Of a stretch of DNA of 64,000 bases, positions 55,933 through 64,000 are shown one piece after another. The stretch spans positions 608,001 to 672,000 of the forward strand of contig CAWFAK010000017.1 in NCBI GenBank assembly GCA_963813715.1, read 5' to 3'. How positions within the stretch are numbered: position 1 is the first letter of the stretch; each line of letters starts with the position of its first letter. Under the pieces are notes generated by a model, which was not told the origin of the DNA, made no database searches, and saw only the letters and a list, made by a program, of their open reading frames with translations. Both the position numbers and the translations under genes were made by a program. Origin of the DNA: an uncultured Planctomycetaceae bacterium. Its GTDB lineage: Bacteria; Planctomycetota; Planctomycetia; Planctomycetales; Planctomycetaceae.

Positions 55933-56886
55933 TCAGGAGTGGCGCTGATTCGATTTGTAGCGCTCGCTGGCCTTGCGCAGAGTTTCACGCTCCTGTTCGG
56001 TGAGGCTGGCTTCGCCCTGAGCGTGGATCTTATCGAGGATCGCGTCAACCTTGACGTCGAAGCTCTGCGGGGCCTCTTCCGGCGGCTGATAAACCTTGAC
56101 GTGGCGTGGGCGGTTCCAGGTCCGCCGGCTCCACGTCCGTAGGTTGAAAACCGACGGGAGATTGCTGCCCAAGCTCGTGATCCGCCAGCCGAAGCGGTAG
56201 TAGAGGAAGCCGAACGCCAGGCCGCCCAAATGGGCCACGTGGGCCACGCCGTCGGCGTTTCCGCCGCCACTGAACGACTGCAGCACAGGGACGAGATCGA
56301 TCACCAGGTAGGCCAAAACGACAAACCGAATCTGTACGCGCAGCAGGAAGAACAGGTAGATCTCATCGCGCGGAAAAAAGATCGCGTAGAGGGCCATGAT
56401 GGCCATCACCGCGCCCGACGCGCCGACCATCGGCGTCGGATCTTGCTGGAGCCAGGCCAATCCCAAAAACGCCAGGCCGCCGGCGAACGCGGCCGTGAGG
56501 TAGAACGAGACGAACTCGCGCGTGCCGTACATCCGCTCCAGCGTGGGGCCCCACCACCAGACGAAGAGCATGTTGAACAACAGGTGCCAGACGAACTCCT
56601 GGCCCTCAGCTCGCGTGGCAGAAGGCATACGTCACCACCCGCCACATCTCGCCATGCAAGACACGCTCGGGCTTGAGGGACAGCACTTCGGTGACGGTGC
56701 TCACGTGCGGCGGAAGGCCGTGTCGCCGCGGACGACCAGCTCCGTATGCGTGGTGATGACCTGGAGCACGAAGACCGCGACCGTGGCGATGATGATCCAT
56801 TTGCAGCCGGGCGTGCCGAACGATCCCGACGACGGCGACCAGCCGCGGCGGTCGTCACGCAGATAATCGCGGCTGTAGATTCCCAT
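55933..56886 (-). CDS. Rhomboid intramembrane serine protease with C-terminal DUF6576-like tail (frameshifts ~56700, ~56610)
   Basis: MGIYSRDY; WRVVTYAFCH; HLLFNM; GASG; AHLGG; VDAILDKIHAQGEASLT. Confidence 0.9.
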
Positions 56887-57148
56887 GCGAGACCTTTGGA
56901 TCGTCGAACGGCTCAAAGCGACCGAACGCGGGGTCCGGCCGATCGCGCGAATCCAGCACCGTTCGGTCTACGATGGTACGGCTTTCCCGATTTGGGGAAT
57001 AGTCCGACCGAATGGCCCTCGCGAGCGACAGTGAGCCGCGTCATCCCTCGTTTCCCCCGCGATGCGCGCCAGGGCCGAGGGACGAATTGGTTGTTGCTGC
57101 GACGACGGCCCGACTGGGGGCGACAGCCAGACCGGAGGTCGTGGCCGT

Positions 57149-57994
57149 TTATTTGCTCGCGCCCGCTTCGGCCTGTTCCTTCGGCGGCTGGCCGGGCAAG
57201 GAAGACGCCAGGTTGTTATTCACCTGAATCAGTCCCGTGACGCGGGTCTTGGCGTCACTGATTTTGCGTCGCAGTTCGTCGACCCGCATGAGCGAGGCAT
57301 TGCGATCGTCATCGGCCTTGTTGATTTCTGCCACCAGGCCCGTCGTAATCCCCGCGCCGCCGCCGAGCAGCTCGGCCATCCGCGTATCGCGCTGGTCGCG
57401 GGCGGCGGTCACTAACTCGCCCTGCGTGGCCAGGTTCTTTTCCTGTTTCTTCAAAAGCTCGTCGCGATTGACCAGCTCGGTCTGCAAGGCGGCGATTCGC
57501 GACACAAAGGCTGAGGGAATCGTCGTGCGGAGCCGGAAATTCGCCCCAGCGCTCCAGGCGGGAACGTCCGCGGCCCGGACGGGGAAGGTTGCCTTCAGAG
57601 CCGCTTCGTTGGCGGCAACTTCGGTCGCGTTGAAGGAGCCCATGTAGGTCGAGGTGCCGTTGTCGAGCATGAAGGAGTAGAACTCGGTGTTCGGTTGGAT
57701 GCCGAGCGTCTTGCCGCCGTTGGCGACGATGGCGCTGTTTTGCGCGTCAAAGACCCCTTTAACCGTGTAGTAGCGGTCCCAGCGCAACATCTCGCGTTCG
57801 AGGTTGGCGCGGGCTTCCTCGAAATCAGCGCGGGCCGTTTCGAGCTTCTTGGCCGCGTCTTCGTCGTGCAGCTTGGCTCTCTGCACCTGGTCCATCCACT
57901 GCCCACGGGTGTTGACGAGCCGCGCCGCGATGATGAATCCGAATGCGGCCGAAACCGCCAGCAACACAATCAGGATCTTGCCGACAATGTGCAT
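57149..57994 (-). CDS. Hypothetical N-terminally anchored coiled-coil protein
   Basis: MHIVGKIL plus one TM, with long heptad-rich regions. Confidence 0.7.
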   Translation of the reverse strand: MHIVGKILIVLLAVSAAFGFIIAARLVNTRGQWMDQVQRAKLHDEDAAKKLETARADFEEARANLEREMLRWDRYYTVKGVFDAQNSAIVANGGKTLGIQPNTEFYSFMLDNGTSTYMGSFNATEVAANEAALKATFPVRAADVPAWSAGANFRLRTTIPSAFVSRIAALQTELVNRDELLKKQEKNLATQGELVTAARDQRDTRMAELLGGGAGITTGLVAEINKADDDRNASLMRVDELRRKISDAKTRVTGLIQVNNNLASSLPGQPPKEQAEAGASK

Positions 57995-58259
57995 CGAATC
58001 GTTCCCTTTCAGAGAGCACCTTTATCATAGGCCCGTTTTCACGGCACGGTCAATAAGCTGGTCGGCTGCGGGCTGCTAGGCGGCTCGAGCTCGGGTCGGG
58101 GCCGTTTCGGGGCATCCGACTGCCCGGGCGGGGCGATTGGCACCCGCAGAATCGGCGTAATCGATTCGCCCGTCCGGTCGCGGTCGCTACAATGGCGTCC
58201 CGGATGGGGCGTCCCAACTCATGGAGACCGCCGTTTTTCAGGACCGCGCGGAGTCGCGA

Positions 58260-58712
58260 ATGATGCCTTTGCCCGTCAAGAAATTTCCCCGCGAGAAGCT
58301 CAAGCCGGGGGAGTGTCTCTGCAGCTACTGCACGGCCAAATGTTGCCGGTATTTCGCCCTTCCGATCGAGGAGCCGACCACCTGGAAGGAATTCGACTAC
58401 CTGCGCTGGTTCATGATGCACGGCCGGGTGTCGCTCTTCGTCGAAGAGAAGGTCTGGTACCTGATGGTCCACGCAGACTGTCAGCATCTCTTGCCTGATA
58501 ATCGCTGCGGCACGTACGACACACGGCCGCAGGTCTGTCGCGAGTACTCGATCACCAACTGCGAATATGAAGACGACGCGGTCTACGAAAAGTTCTTCGA
58601 GACGCCAGAACAGATTTGGGAATATGCCGAAGCCGTGATGCCGCCGCGACGCAAACGCCGCCGCGCGGGTACGCCGCCGATTTCCCTGCCGGTGCTCACG
58701 AGCGTCGGCTGA
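58260..58712 (+). CDS. YkgJ family cysteine-cluster (CxxCxxCC) protein
   Basis: CSYCTAKCC...CQHL...CGTYDTRPQVCREY; start could be 58221. Confidence 0.88.
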   Translation: MMPLPVKKFPREKLKPGECLCSYCTAKCCRYFALPIEEPTTWKEFDYLRWFMMHGRVSLFVEEKVWYLMVHADCQHLLPDNRCGTYDTRPQVCREYSITNCEYEDDAVYEKFFETPEQIWEYAEAVMPPRRKRRRAGTPPISLPVLTSVG

Positions 58713-58784
58713 AAAATCTTCGACAAATCGGCGACGAGCCGACACGCACACGAGCCAGTTCGCAAAGGAGGCACTGACCGACTC

Positions 58785-60116
58785 ATGTCGAAGCCCGTGA
58801 TCAAGCCGCAAACGCTCAAGGGATTCCGCGACTATCTTCCGGGGCCGATGATGGCCCGCGAGCACCTGATCGATACGGCCCGCCGGGTCTACCGCGGGTT
58901 CGGCTTTTCCCCCATCGACACGCCGGCGCTCGAATACAGCGAAATCCTCCTGGGCAAAGGAGGCGACGAGACCGACAAGCAGCTCTTTCGCTTCACTGAT
59001 GCCGGCGAACGCGACGTCGCCATGCGGTTCGACCTCACGGTCCCACTGGCACGTTTCGCCGCCCAGCACTTGCAGGAGATCGGCACGCCCTTCAAGCGCT
59101 ACCACATCGCCACCGTTTGGCGGGCGGAAAAGCCGCAGAAAGGCCGCTTTCGCGAGTTCATCCAGTGCGACTTCGACACGCTGGGGACCGATTCGAACAT
59201 TGCCGACGCCGAGACGCTGCTCGTGATCCACGACTTGATGGAACGGCTCGGCTTCACGAAGTTCACAATCCGCATCAACAACCGGCTCGTTTTGAACGGC
59301 CTGCTCGAGCACCTGGGCCTCACCGGCCAGACGGTCGGTGTGCTGCGGACGCTTGACAAGCTGCCCAAGATCGGGCGCGAGGCTGTCATCGCCGAAATGA
59401 CTGAAAAAGTCGGCACGACGGCCGCCCAGGCGGACTCGGTGCTAAAAATGACCGAGCTCTCCGGGTCGTCAGCCGAGATCCTGGCGCAAGTCGAGACCCT
59501 GCTCGCGGGGAACGAGCAAGGGCTGACGGGTGTCGGCCGGCTCCGCGAATTGTTCACCTGGTCCGAAGCTGCCGGAGTTCCCCAAGAGCGGATTTCGCTC
59601 GATCTGTCGATCGCCCGCGGCCTCGACTACTACACGGGCACGATTTACGAGACCTTCTTGAACGATCTGCCCGGCATCGGCAGCGTTTGCTCGGGCGGTC
59701 GTTACGACAACCTGGCTGGCCTGTTCACGAGCCAAAAGCTGCCGGGCGTCGGTGCGAGCCTGGGCTTGGATCGTTTGCTGGCGGCGATGGAAGAGATGGG
59801 CATGCTGGCCGCCGCGTCGACGCCGGCCCCGGTCCTGATCCTGCTCTTTGACGCCGGGCACACGGGCGATTACTTGCGGATCGCTCGTAAGCTGCGGGCT
59901 GAGGGGATCGACACCGAAGTCTTCTGCGATGCCCGCAATATCGGCAAACAACTGAGCTACGCCAGTCGCAAAGGCTTCAAAGCAGCCGTCATTGCCGGCC
60001 AGACCGAGTTCGCACAAGGCAACTGGCAGGTGAAAGATTTGCAGGCGGGCCAGCAAACAACGGTGACCGAAGCCGATCTTGTGGGCGAGCTGAAACGGAT
60101 CGTCGCCGGCCGCTGA
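58785..60116 (+). CDS. hisS: Histidyl-tRNA synthetase
   Basis: KGFRDYLP; RFDLTVPLAR; WRAEKPQKGRFREFIQCDFD; RGLDYYTG; GGRYDNL; anticodon-binding domain. Confidence 0.99.
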   Translation: MSKPVIKPQTLKGFRDYLPGPMMAREHLIDTARRVYRGFGFSPIDTPALEYSEILLGKGGDETDKQLFRFTDAGERDVAMRFDLTVPLARFAAQHLQEIGTPFKRYHIATVWRAEKPQKGRFREFIQCDFDTLGTDSNIADAETLLVIHDLMERLGFTKFTIRINNRLVLNGLLEHLGLTGQTVGVLRTLDKLPKIGREAVIAEMTEKVGTTAAQADSVLKMTELSGSSAEILAQVETLLAGNEQGLTGVGRLRELFTWSEAAGVPQERISLDLSIARGLDYYTGTIYETFLNDLPGIGSVCSGGRYDNLAGLFTSQKLPGVGASLGLDRLLAAMEEMGMLAAASTPAPVLILLFDAGHTGDYLRIARKLRAEGIDTEVFCDARNIGKQLSYASRKGFKAAVIAGQTEFAQGNWQVKDLQAGQQTTVTEADLVGELKRIVAGR

Positions 60117-60161
60117 TGGGCTGCCTGAATTGCGCACGGTACAGCGTAAGCGGGGTGCTCC

Positions 60162-60644
60162 TTACCGGCGTCGTAGCGTCGCGTTCCGCATCTCGCGCGT
60201 GTCCTCTTTACGTTTGAGCGCCTCGCGCTTGTCGTGCAGCTGGCGGCCCTTGGCGACGGCCACGGTGACTTTCACGATCCCCCGCGAGAAAAAGACCGCC
60301 AGCGGCACGAGCGTCAGCCCTTTTTGCGCGGCCGACTCGGCGACTTTCCGCAGCTCTTGCTTGCGAATGAGCAATTTGCGGGTCCGCTTGGGCTCGTGAT
60401 TCATCACAGTCGCCTGCGGGTATACCGCAATGTCGGCCCCGACCAGCCACAGCTCCCCGTCGCGGATGCGGGCGTAGGCTTCCTCGATCGAAATCTTGCT
60501 GTTGCGGATGCTCTTCACTTCGCTGCCGGTGAGCACGATCCCACACTGCAACTCGTCGAGGATGTCGTACTCGTACCGCGCGCGGCGGTTGCGGCAGACC
60601 GTCTGCGAGTTTGGGTCGTTTTTTTCCGGCTTCTTCGCGGCCAT
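60162..60644 (-). CDS. smpB: SsrA-binding protein
   Basis: NRRARYEY; GIVLTGSEVKSIR; NHEPKRTRKLL; GLTLVP; GRQLHDKR. Confidence 0.98.
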   Translation of the reverse strand: MAAKKPEKNDPNSQTVCRNRRARYEYDILDELQCGIVLTGSEVKSIRNSKISIEEAYARIRDGELWLVGADIAVYPQATVMNHEPKRTRKLLIRKQELRKVAESAAQKGLTLVPLAVFFSRGIVKVTVAVAKGRQLHDKREALKRKEDTREMRNATLRRR

Positions 60645-60700
60645 GCGAGCGGTTTTCCTAAGGGACGGGGAACGTCGCGGAGCGGGGACGTCGTGAGCGG

Positions 60701-61699
60701 TCAGCTGAGCAGGCTGCGACGTACGACCTCGGCGGCTTTGCCGAAAAAGGGCTCCCATCCGATTTCCGGGCGACCCAGCTTGAGGCAATTGCGAACGCTG
60801 GCCAGCGTGTTGCGGGCCATATGCGGGCAACGGTTGCAGGCGCACGTTTCGCCCGAGGAGGTCATGATTCCCGGCACCGGAATGTATTCGTGCTGTGGGG
60901 CGGTCTTCTTCAGCGGGTGGATCATATTGGCTTCGGTCGCGACGAGAAACTTCGTCGGCGTGGCGATCGAGGCGACGTATTTTCGCATCTTCTCCGTCCC
61001 GCCGATGACGTCGCTGACTTCCAGGATGTTCTGGGGGCACTCGGGGTGCGCGATGACCACGCAGCCCGGGTTATTCCTCTTGGCCCGCAGCAGGTCCTGC
61101 AGGCTGAAGATTTCGTGCACCATGCAGGAGCCCGGCCACAGAATCATTTTGCGGCCGGTGACTTCTTCCAGGTAGCGGCCCAAGTGCTGGTCGGGAACGA
61201 ACAAGATTTCCTTGTCTTGCGGGATCTGTTCGATCCGTTCGCGAGCGTTGCCGCTGGTCACGATCCAGTCGCACAGGCTCTTCACCGCGGCCGACGTGTT
61301 GATATAGGCGACGGTGACGAAGTCATGGCCCTCCGCCCGCAGCTTGCGCTGGAACGCTTCCAGCTTGTCGTAGGGGCAACTTTCCGCGAGCGAGCACCCG
61401 GCCAGCAGGTCGGGAATCAGCACCTTTTTATCCGGGTTGAGCATCTTGGCCGACTCGGCCATGAAGTGCACGCCGGCAAACACGATCACCGACGACTGCA
61501 CGCCGGCCGCGTCGCGACACAGCTTGAGGCTGTCGCCCGTGAAGTCGGCCACGTCCTGGATCTCGCCGTCGACGTAGTAGTGCGCCAGGATCGTGGCGTC
61601 CTTTTCCTTCTTGAGCGATTCGATCTCGTCCATCAGGTCGAGAGGATCTTCGTATCGCTGCGACGGCGTTGCCGTTGCTTCCACCACAGGCAGTTGCAT
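60701..61699 (-). CDS. nadA: Quinolinate synthase A
   Basis: LAHYY; GDSL; GVHFMAE; AGCSLA; YINT; PDQHLG; CMVH; AHPEC; CPHM. Confidence 0.98.
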   Translation of the reverse strand: MQLPVVEATATPSQRYEDPLDLMDEIESLKKEKDATILAHYYVDGEIQDVADFTGDSLKLCRDAAGVQSSVIVFAGVHFMAESAKMLNPDKKVLIPDLLAGCSLAESCPYDKLEAFQRKLRAEGHDFVTVAYINTSAAVKSLCDWIVTSGNARERIEQIPQDKEILFVPDQHLGRYLEEVTGRKMILWPGSCMVHEIFSLQDLLRAKRNNPGCVVIAHPECPQNILEVSDVIGGTEKMRKYVASIATPTKFLVATEANMIHPLKKTAPQHEYIPVPGIMTSSGETCACNRCPHMARNTLASVRNCLKLGRPEIGWEPFFGKAAEVVRRSLLS

Positions 61700-61783
61700 G
61701 CTTCACCCGGACTCACTGTCCAAATCTTGCTGGCAAATCTTGCTATCAAACTCTGCCGAAGTCGCTCACTCGGTCTTCGATCA

Positions 61784-61856
61784 ATTATAGGTCGACAGGT
61801 CGACCCTCCGACATGACCGGCGGTGGTCGCGTCGATTTGGCGGCAACGCCTATAAT
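61784..61856. promoter_or_regulatory. Divergent -10 boxes for nadA (minus) and the dehydratase gene (plus)
   Basis: TATAAT on minus strand at 61784-61789 and on plus strand at 61851-61856; no convincing -35 hexamers. Confidence 0.45.
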
Positions 61857-61992
61857 CGCCGGCGGCAAGCTGTTGCGCGAGTTTTCGCGATTGTACAGCG
61901 ATTGACCCGACGTCGGACAACTCCGGCCCCATGACAGGCCGGAAATCCGCGACGCGCCTCCACCCAAACTCCATCGATCGACACATCTCTCC

Positions 61993-63963
61993 ATGTCTGA
62001 GCGACTTGACGATCTCCTCGACATCCGCGACGCCGACGTCTTCGATGTGCCCACGCGGGCGGCCGGGCCTGCGGGGCGGCTGCCCCTCACCGACGAGTTG
62101 CTGCTCAACAGCCCCAGTGGCGACCTGTTCGGCATGACGCAAAGTGCCGGGATGGGCTGGAACCCTCAGCAGCTGCTGCGGGACCAGGTGCTGATCGTGA
62201 GCACGCAAGGGGGCTTGCGAGCCGAAGACGGACGGCCGATCGCCCTCGGCTATCACACGGGACACTGGGAGGTGGGGCTGCTCGTGAAGGCGGCGGCCGA
62301 AGAGCTGGATCGGCTCGAGCGGCTGCCGTTTGCCGCGGCCGTCAGTGATCCGTGCGATGGCCGCTCGCAGGGCACGACCGCGATGATGGACAGTTTGCCG
62401 TATCGCAACGATGCGGCCGTCGTGATGAAGCGGCTGATCCGTTCGCTGCCGCTGCGTAAGGGCGTCATCGGCGTCGCCACCTGCGACAAGGGGCTGCCGG
62501 CCGCAATGATGGCCTTGGCCGCCCAGCACGATCTGCCGACCGTCATCGTTCCCGGCGGCGTGACGCTGCCCGCGGCCGATGCCGAGGACGCCGGAAAGGT
62601 CCAATCGATCGGAGCGCGATTCGCTGAGGGCGACATCACGCTCGAATACGCGGCCGACATGGGCTGTCGCGCTTGCGGTTCGGCCGGCGGCGGCTGCCAG
62701 TTCTTGGGGACGGCGGCCACGTCGCAGGTCGTCGCCGAGGCACTCGGCCTCGCCCTGCCCCATACGGCACTTGCTCCGTCGGGACAGCCGATCTGGCTGG
62801 CCGCCGCGCGGCAGGCGGCCCGCGCCGTCGTCGCTCTCGCCGAGAAAAAGCTGGCGACGCGCGACATTCTGACGGCCGACGCGCTCGAAAACGCGTTGGC
62901 GGTGCATGCGGCCTGCGGCGGGTCAACCAACCTCCTGCTCCACATCCCGGCCATTGCCTTCGAGGCCGGGCTGCGACGGCCCACGGTCGAGGATTGGCAT
63001 CGGGTCAATCTGAGCGTTCCACGGCTGGTCGACGTCCTACCCAACGGTCCCGTCGGACATCCGACTGTCCGTTTTTTCCTCGCCGGCGGCGTGCCCGAGT
63101 TGATGCTGCATCTGCGTTCGCTCGGCTTGCTGCGGCTTGACGCTTTGACGACCGCCGGCGAGCGACTGGGCGACGTGCTCGAGTGGTGGGAGCGGTCCGA
63201 TCGGCGGCAACGGTTGCGAGAAGTGCTCCGCGAGCGCGACGGAGTTGACCCCGACGACGTGATCCTCCCGCCGCCCCGGGCGAAACAGCGCGGCTTGACC
63301 AGCACGGTCACCTTTCCCCGCGGCAACATCGCGCCGGAAGGCTCGGTCATCAAGAGCACAGCCATCGATCCGAGCGTGGTCGACGGCGATGGCATCTACC
63401 GCAAGCTCGGGCCGGCCCGCGTCTTCACCAGCGAGCGCGAGGCGGTGGCCGCCATTAAGGGGCGATCCGAGCACAAGATTCAGGCGGGCGACGTGATCGT
63501 GCTGATGTGCCGTGGGCCGCTCGGCGCGGGGATGGAGGAGATCTACCAGATCACGTCCGCCCTGCGCTATTTGAAGTGGGGCAAGGAGGTCGCCGTGATC
63601 ACCGACGCCCGTTTTTCGGGCGTTTCCACCGGGGCCTGCATCGGCCACGTCGGCCCCGAGGCACTCGCCGGCGGTCCGATCGGCAAAGTCCGTGACGGTG
63701 ACCTGATCGAGATCGTGATCGACCGCCACAACCTCGAGGGCTCGATCAATTTCGTCGGCACCGTGGAGAAACAACTCCAACCGGAGGCCGCGGCCCGCGT
63801 GCTCGCCGAGCGGGAGCCCGCCCTGCCCCTCGAGCCCGATCCCCATCTGCCTGCCGATACGCGACTTTGGGCCCTCCTCCAGCAGGTCGGCGGCGGCACT
63901 TGGGGCGGCTGCGTCTACGACGCGGCGGCCATCGAGACGGCACTGCGCCCAGGTTCGCGATAG
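61993..63963 (+). CDS. YjhG/YagF family D-xylonate dehydratase (IlvD/Edd superfamily)
   Basis: [79 protein letters not shown]. Confidence 0.92.
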   Translation: MSERLDDLLDIRDADVFDVPTRAAGPAGRLPLTDELLLNSPSGDLFGMTQSAGMGWNPQQLLRDQVLIVSTQGGLRAEDGRPIALGYHTGHWEVGLLVKAAAEELDRLERLPFAAAVSDPCDGRSQGTTAMMDSLPYRNDAAVVMKRLIRSLPLRKGVIGVATCDKGLPAAMMALAAQHDLPTVIVPGGVTLPAADAEDAGKVQSIGARFAEGDITLEYAADMGCRACGSAGGGCQFLGTAATSQVVAEALGLALPHTALAPSGQPIWLAAARQAARAVVALAEKKLATRDILTADALENALAVHAACGGSTNLLLHIPAIAFEAGLRRPTVEDWHRVNLSVPRLVDVLPNGPVGHPTVRFFLAGGVPELMLHLRSLGLLRLDALTTAGERLGDVLEWWERSDRRQRLREVLRERDGVDPDDVILPPPRAKQRGLTSTVTFPRGNIAPEGSVIKSTAIDPSVVDGDGIYRKLGPARVFTSEREAVAAIKGRSEHKIQAGDVIVLMCRGPLGAGMEEIYQITSALRYLKWGKEVAVITDARFSGVSTGACIGHVGPEALAGGPIGKVRDGDLIEIVIDRHNLEGSINFVGTVEKQLQPEAAARVLAEREPALPLEPDPHLPADTRLWALLQQVGGGTWGGCVYDAAAIETALRPGSR

Positions 63964-64000
63964 CCGAAACTGCCAGAAATTCCGATCGTCCTGCATAAAT

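Noticed and set aside
60117..60700. tmRNA or a prophage/integrase next to smpB
   Set aside because: The flanking gaps are only ~45-55 nt and no ssrA ends or integrase are present
61700..61800. NAD+-I (nadA motif) riboswitch upstream of nadA
   Set aside because: The leader is short and I could not match the conserved aptamer sequence or stems; an Rfam scan would settle it

Overview
This is a high-GC chromosomal window from a member of the Planctomycetota; the 16S gene matches the Pla46F, EUB338-II and PLA886 oligonucleotide targets, and DUF1549/DUF1553-DUF1501 and ECF-kinase pairs are present. It holds a stand-alone 16S rRNA gene with its own promoter, boxA, long processing stem and terminator, and housekeeping genes (metG, hisS, smpB, nadA, lspA, dksA-like). 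A 13-kb respiratory operon encodes alternative complex III (actABCDEFG), SCO and an A2-type caa3 oxidase. There are two ECF sigma systems, a PP2C/STAS/degenerate-GGDEF cluster, and several transporters and carbohydrate-type enzymes. About twenty genes are broken by short indels, most likely uncorrected long-read errors rather than pseudogenes. The most unusual element is the 11.0-13.5 kb locus. It pairs an ECF sigma with a ZAS anti-sigma whose predicted periplasmic tail carries a CxxCH motif, directly beside an unexplained ~1 kb strand-polarised mosaic of hairpin modules and GTGTCCCGTCCC repeats. No CRISPR array, transposase, integrase or tRNA was found. All family assignments come from motif recognition by eye, not database searches.
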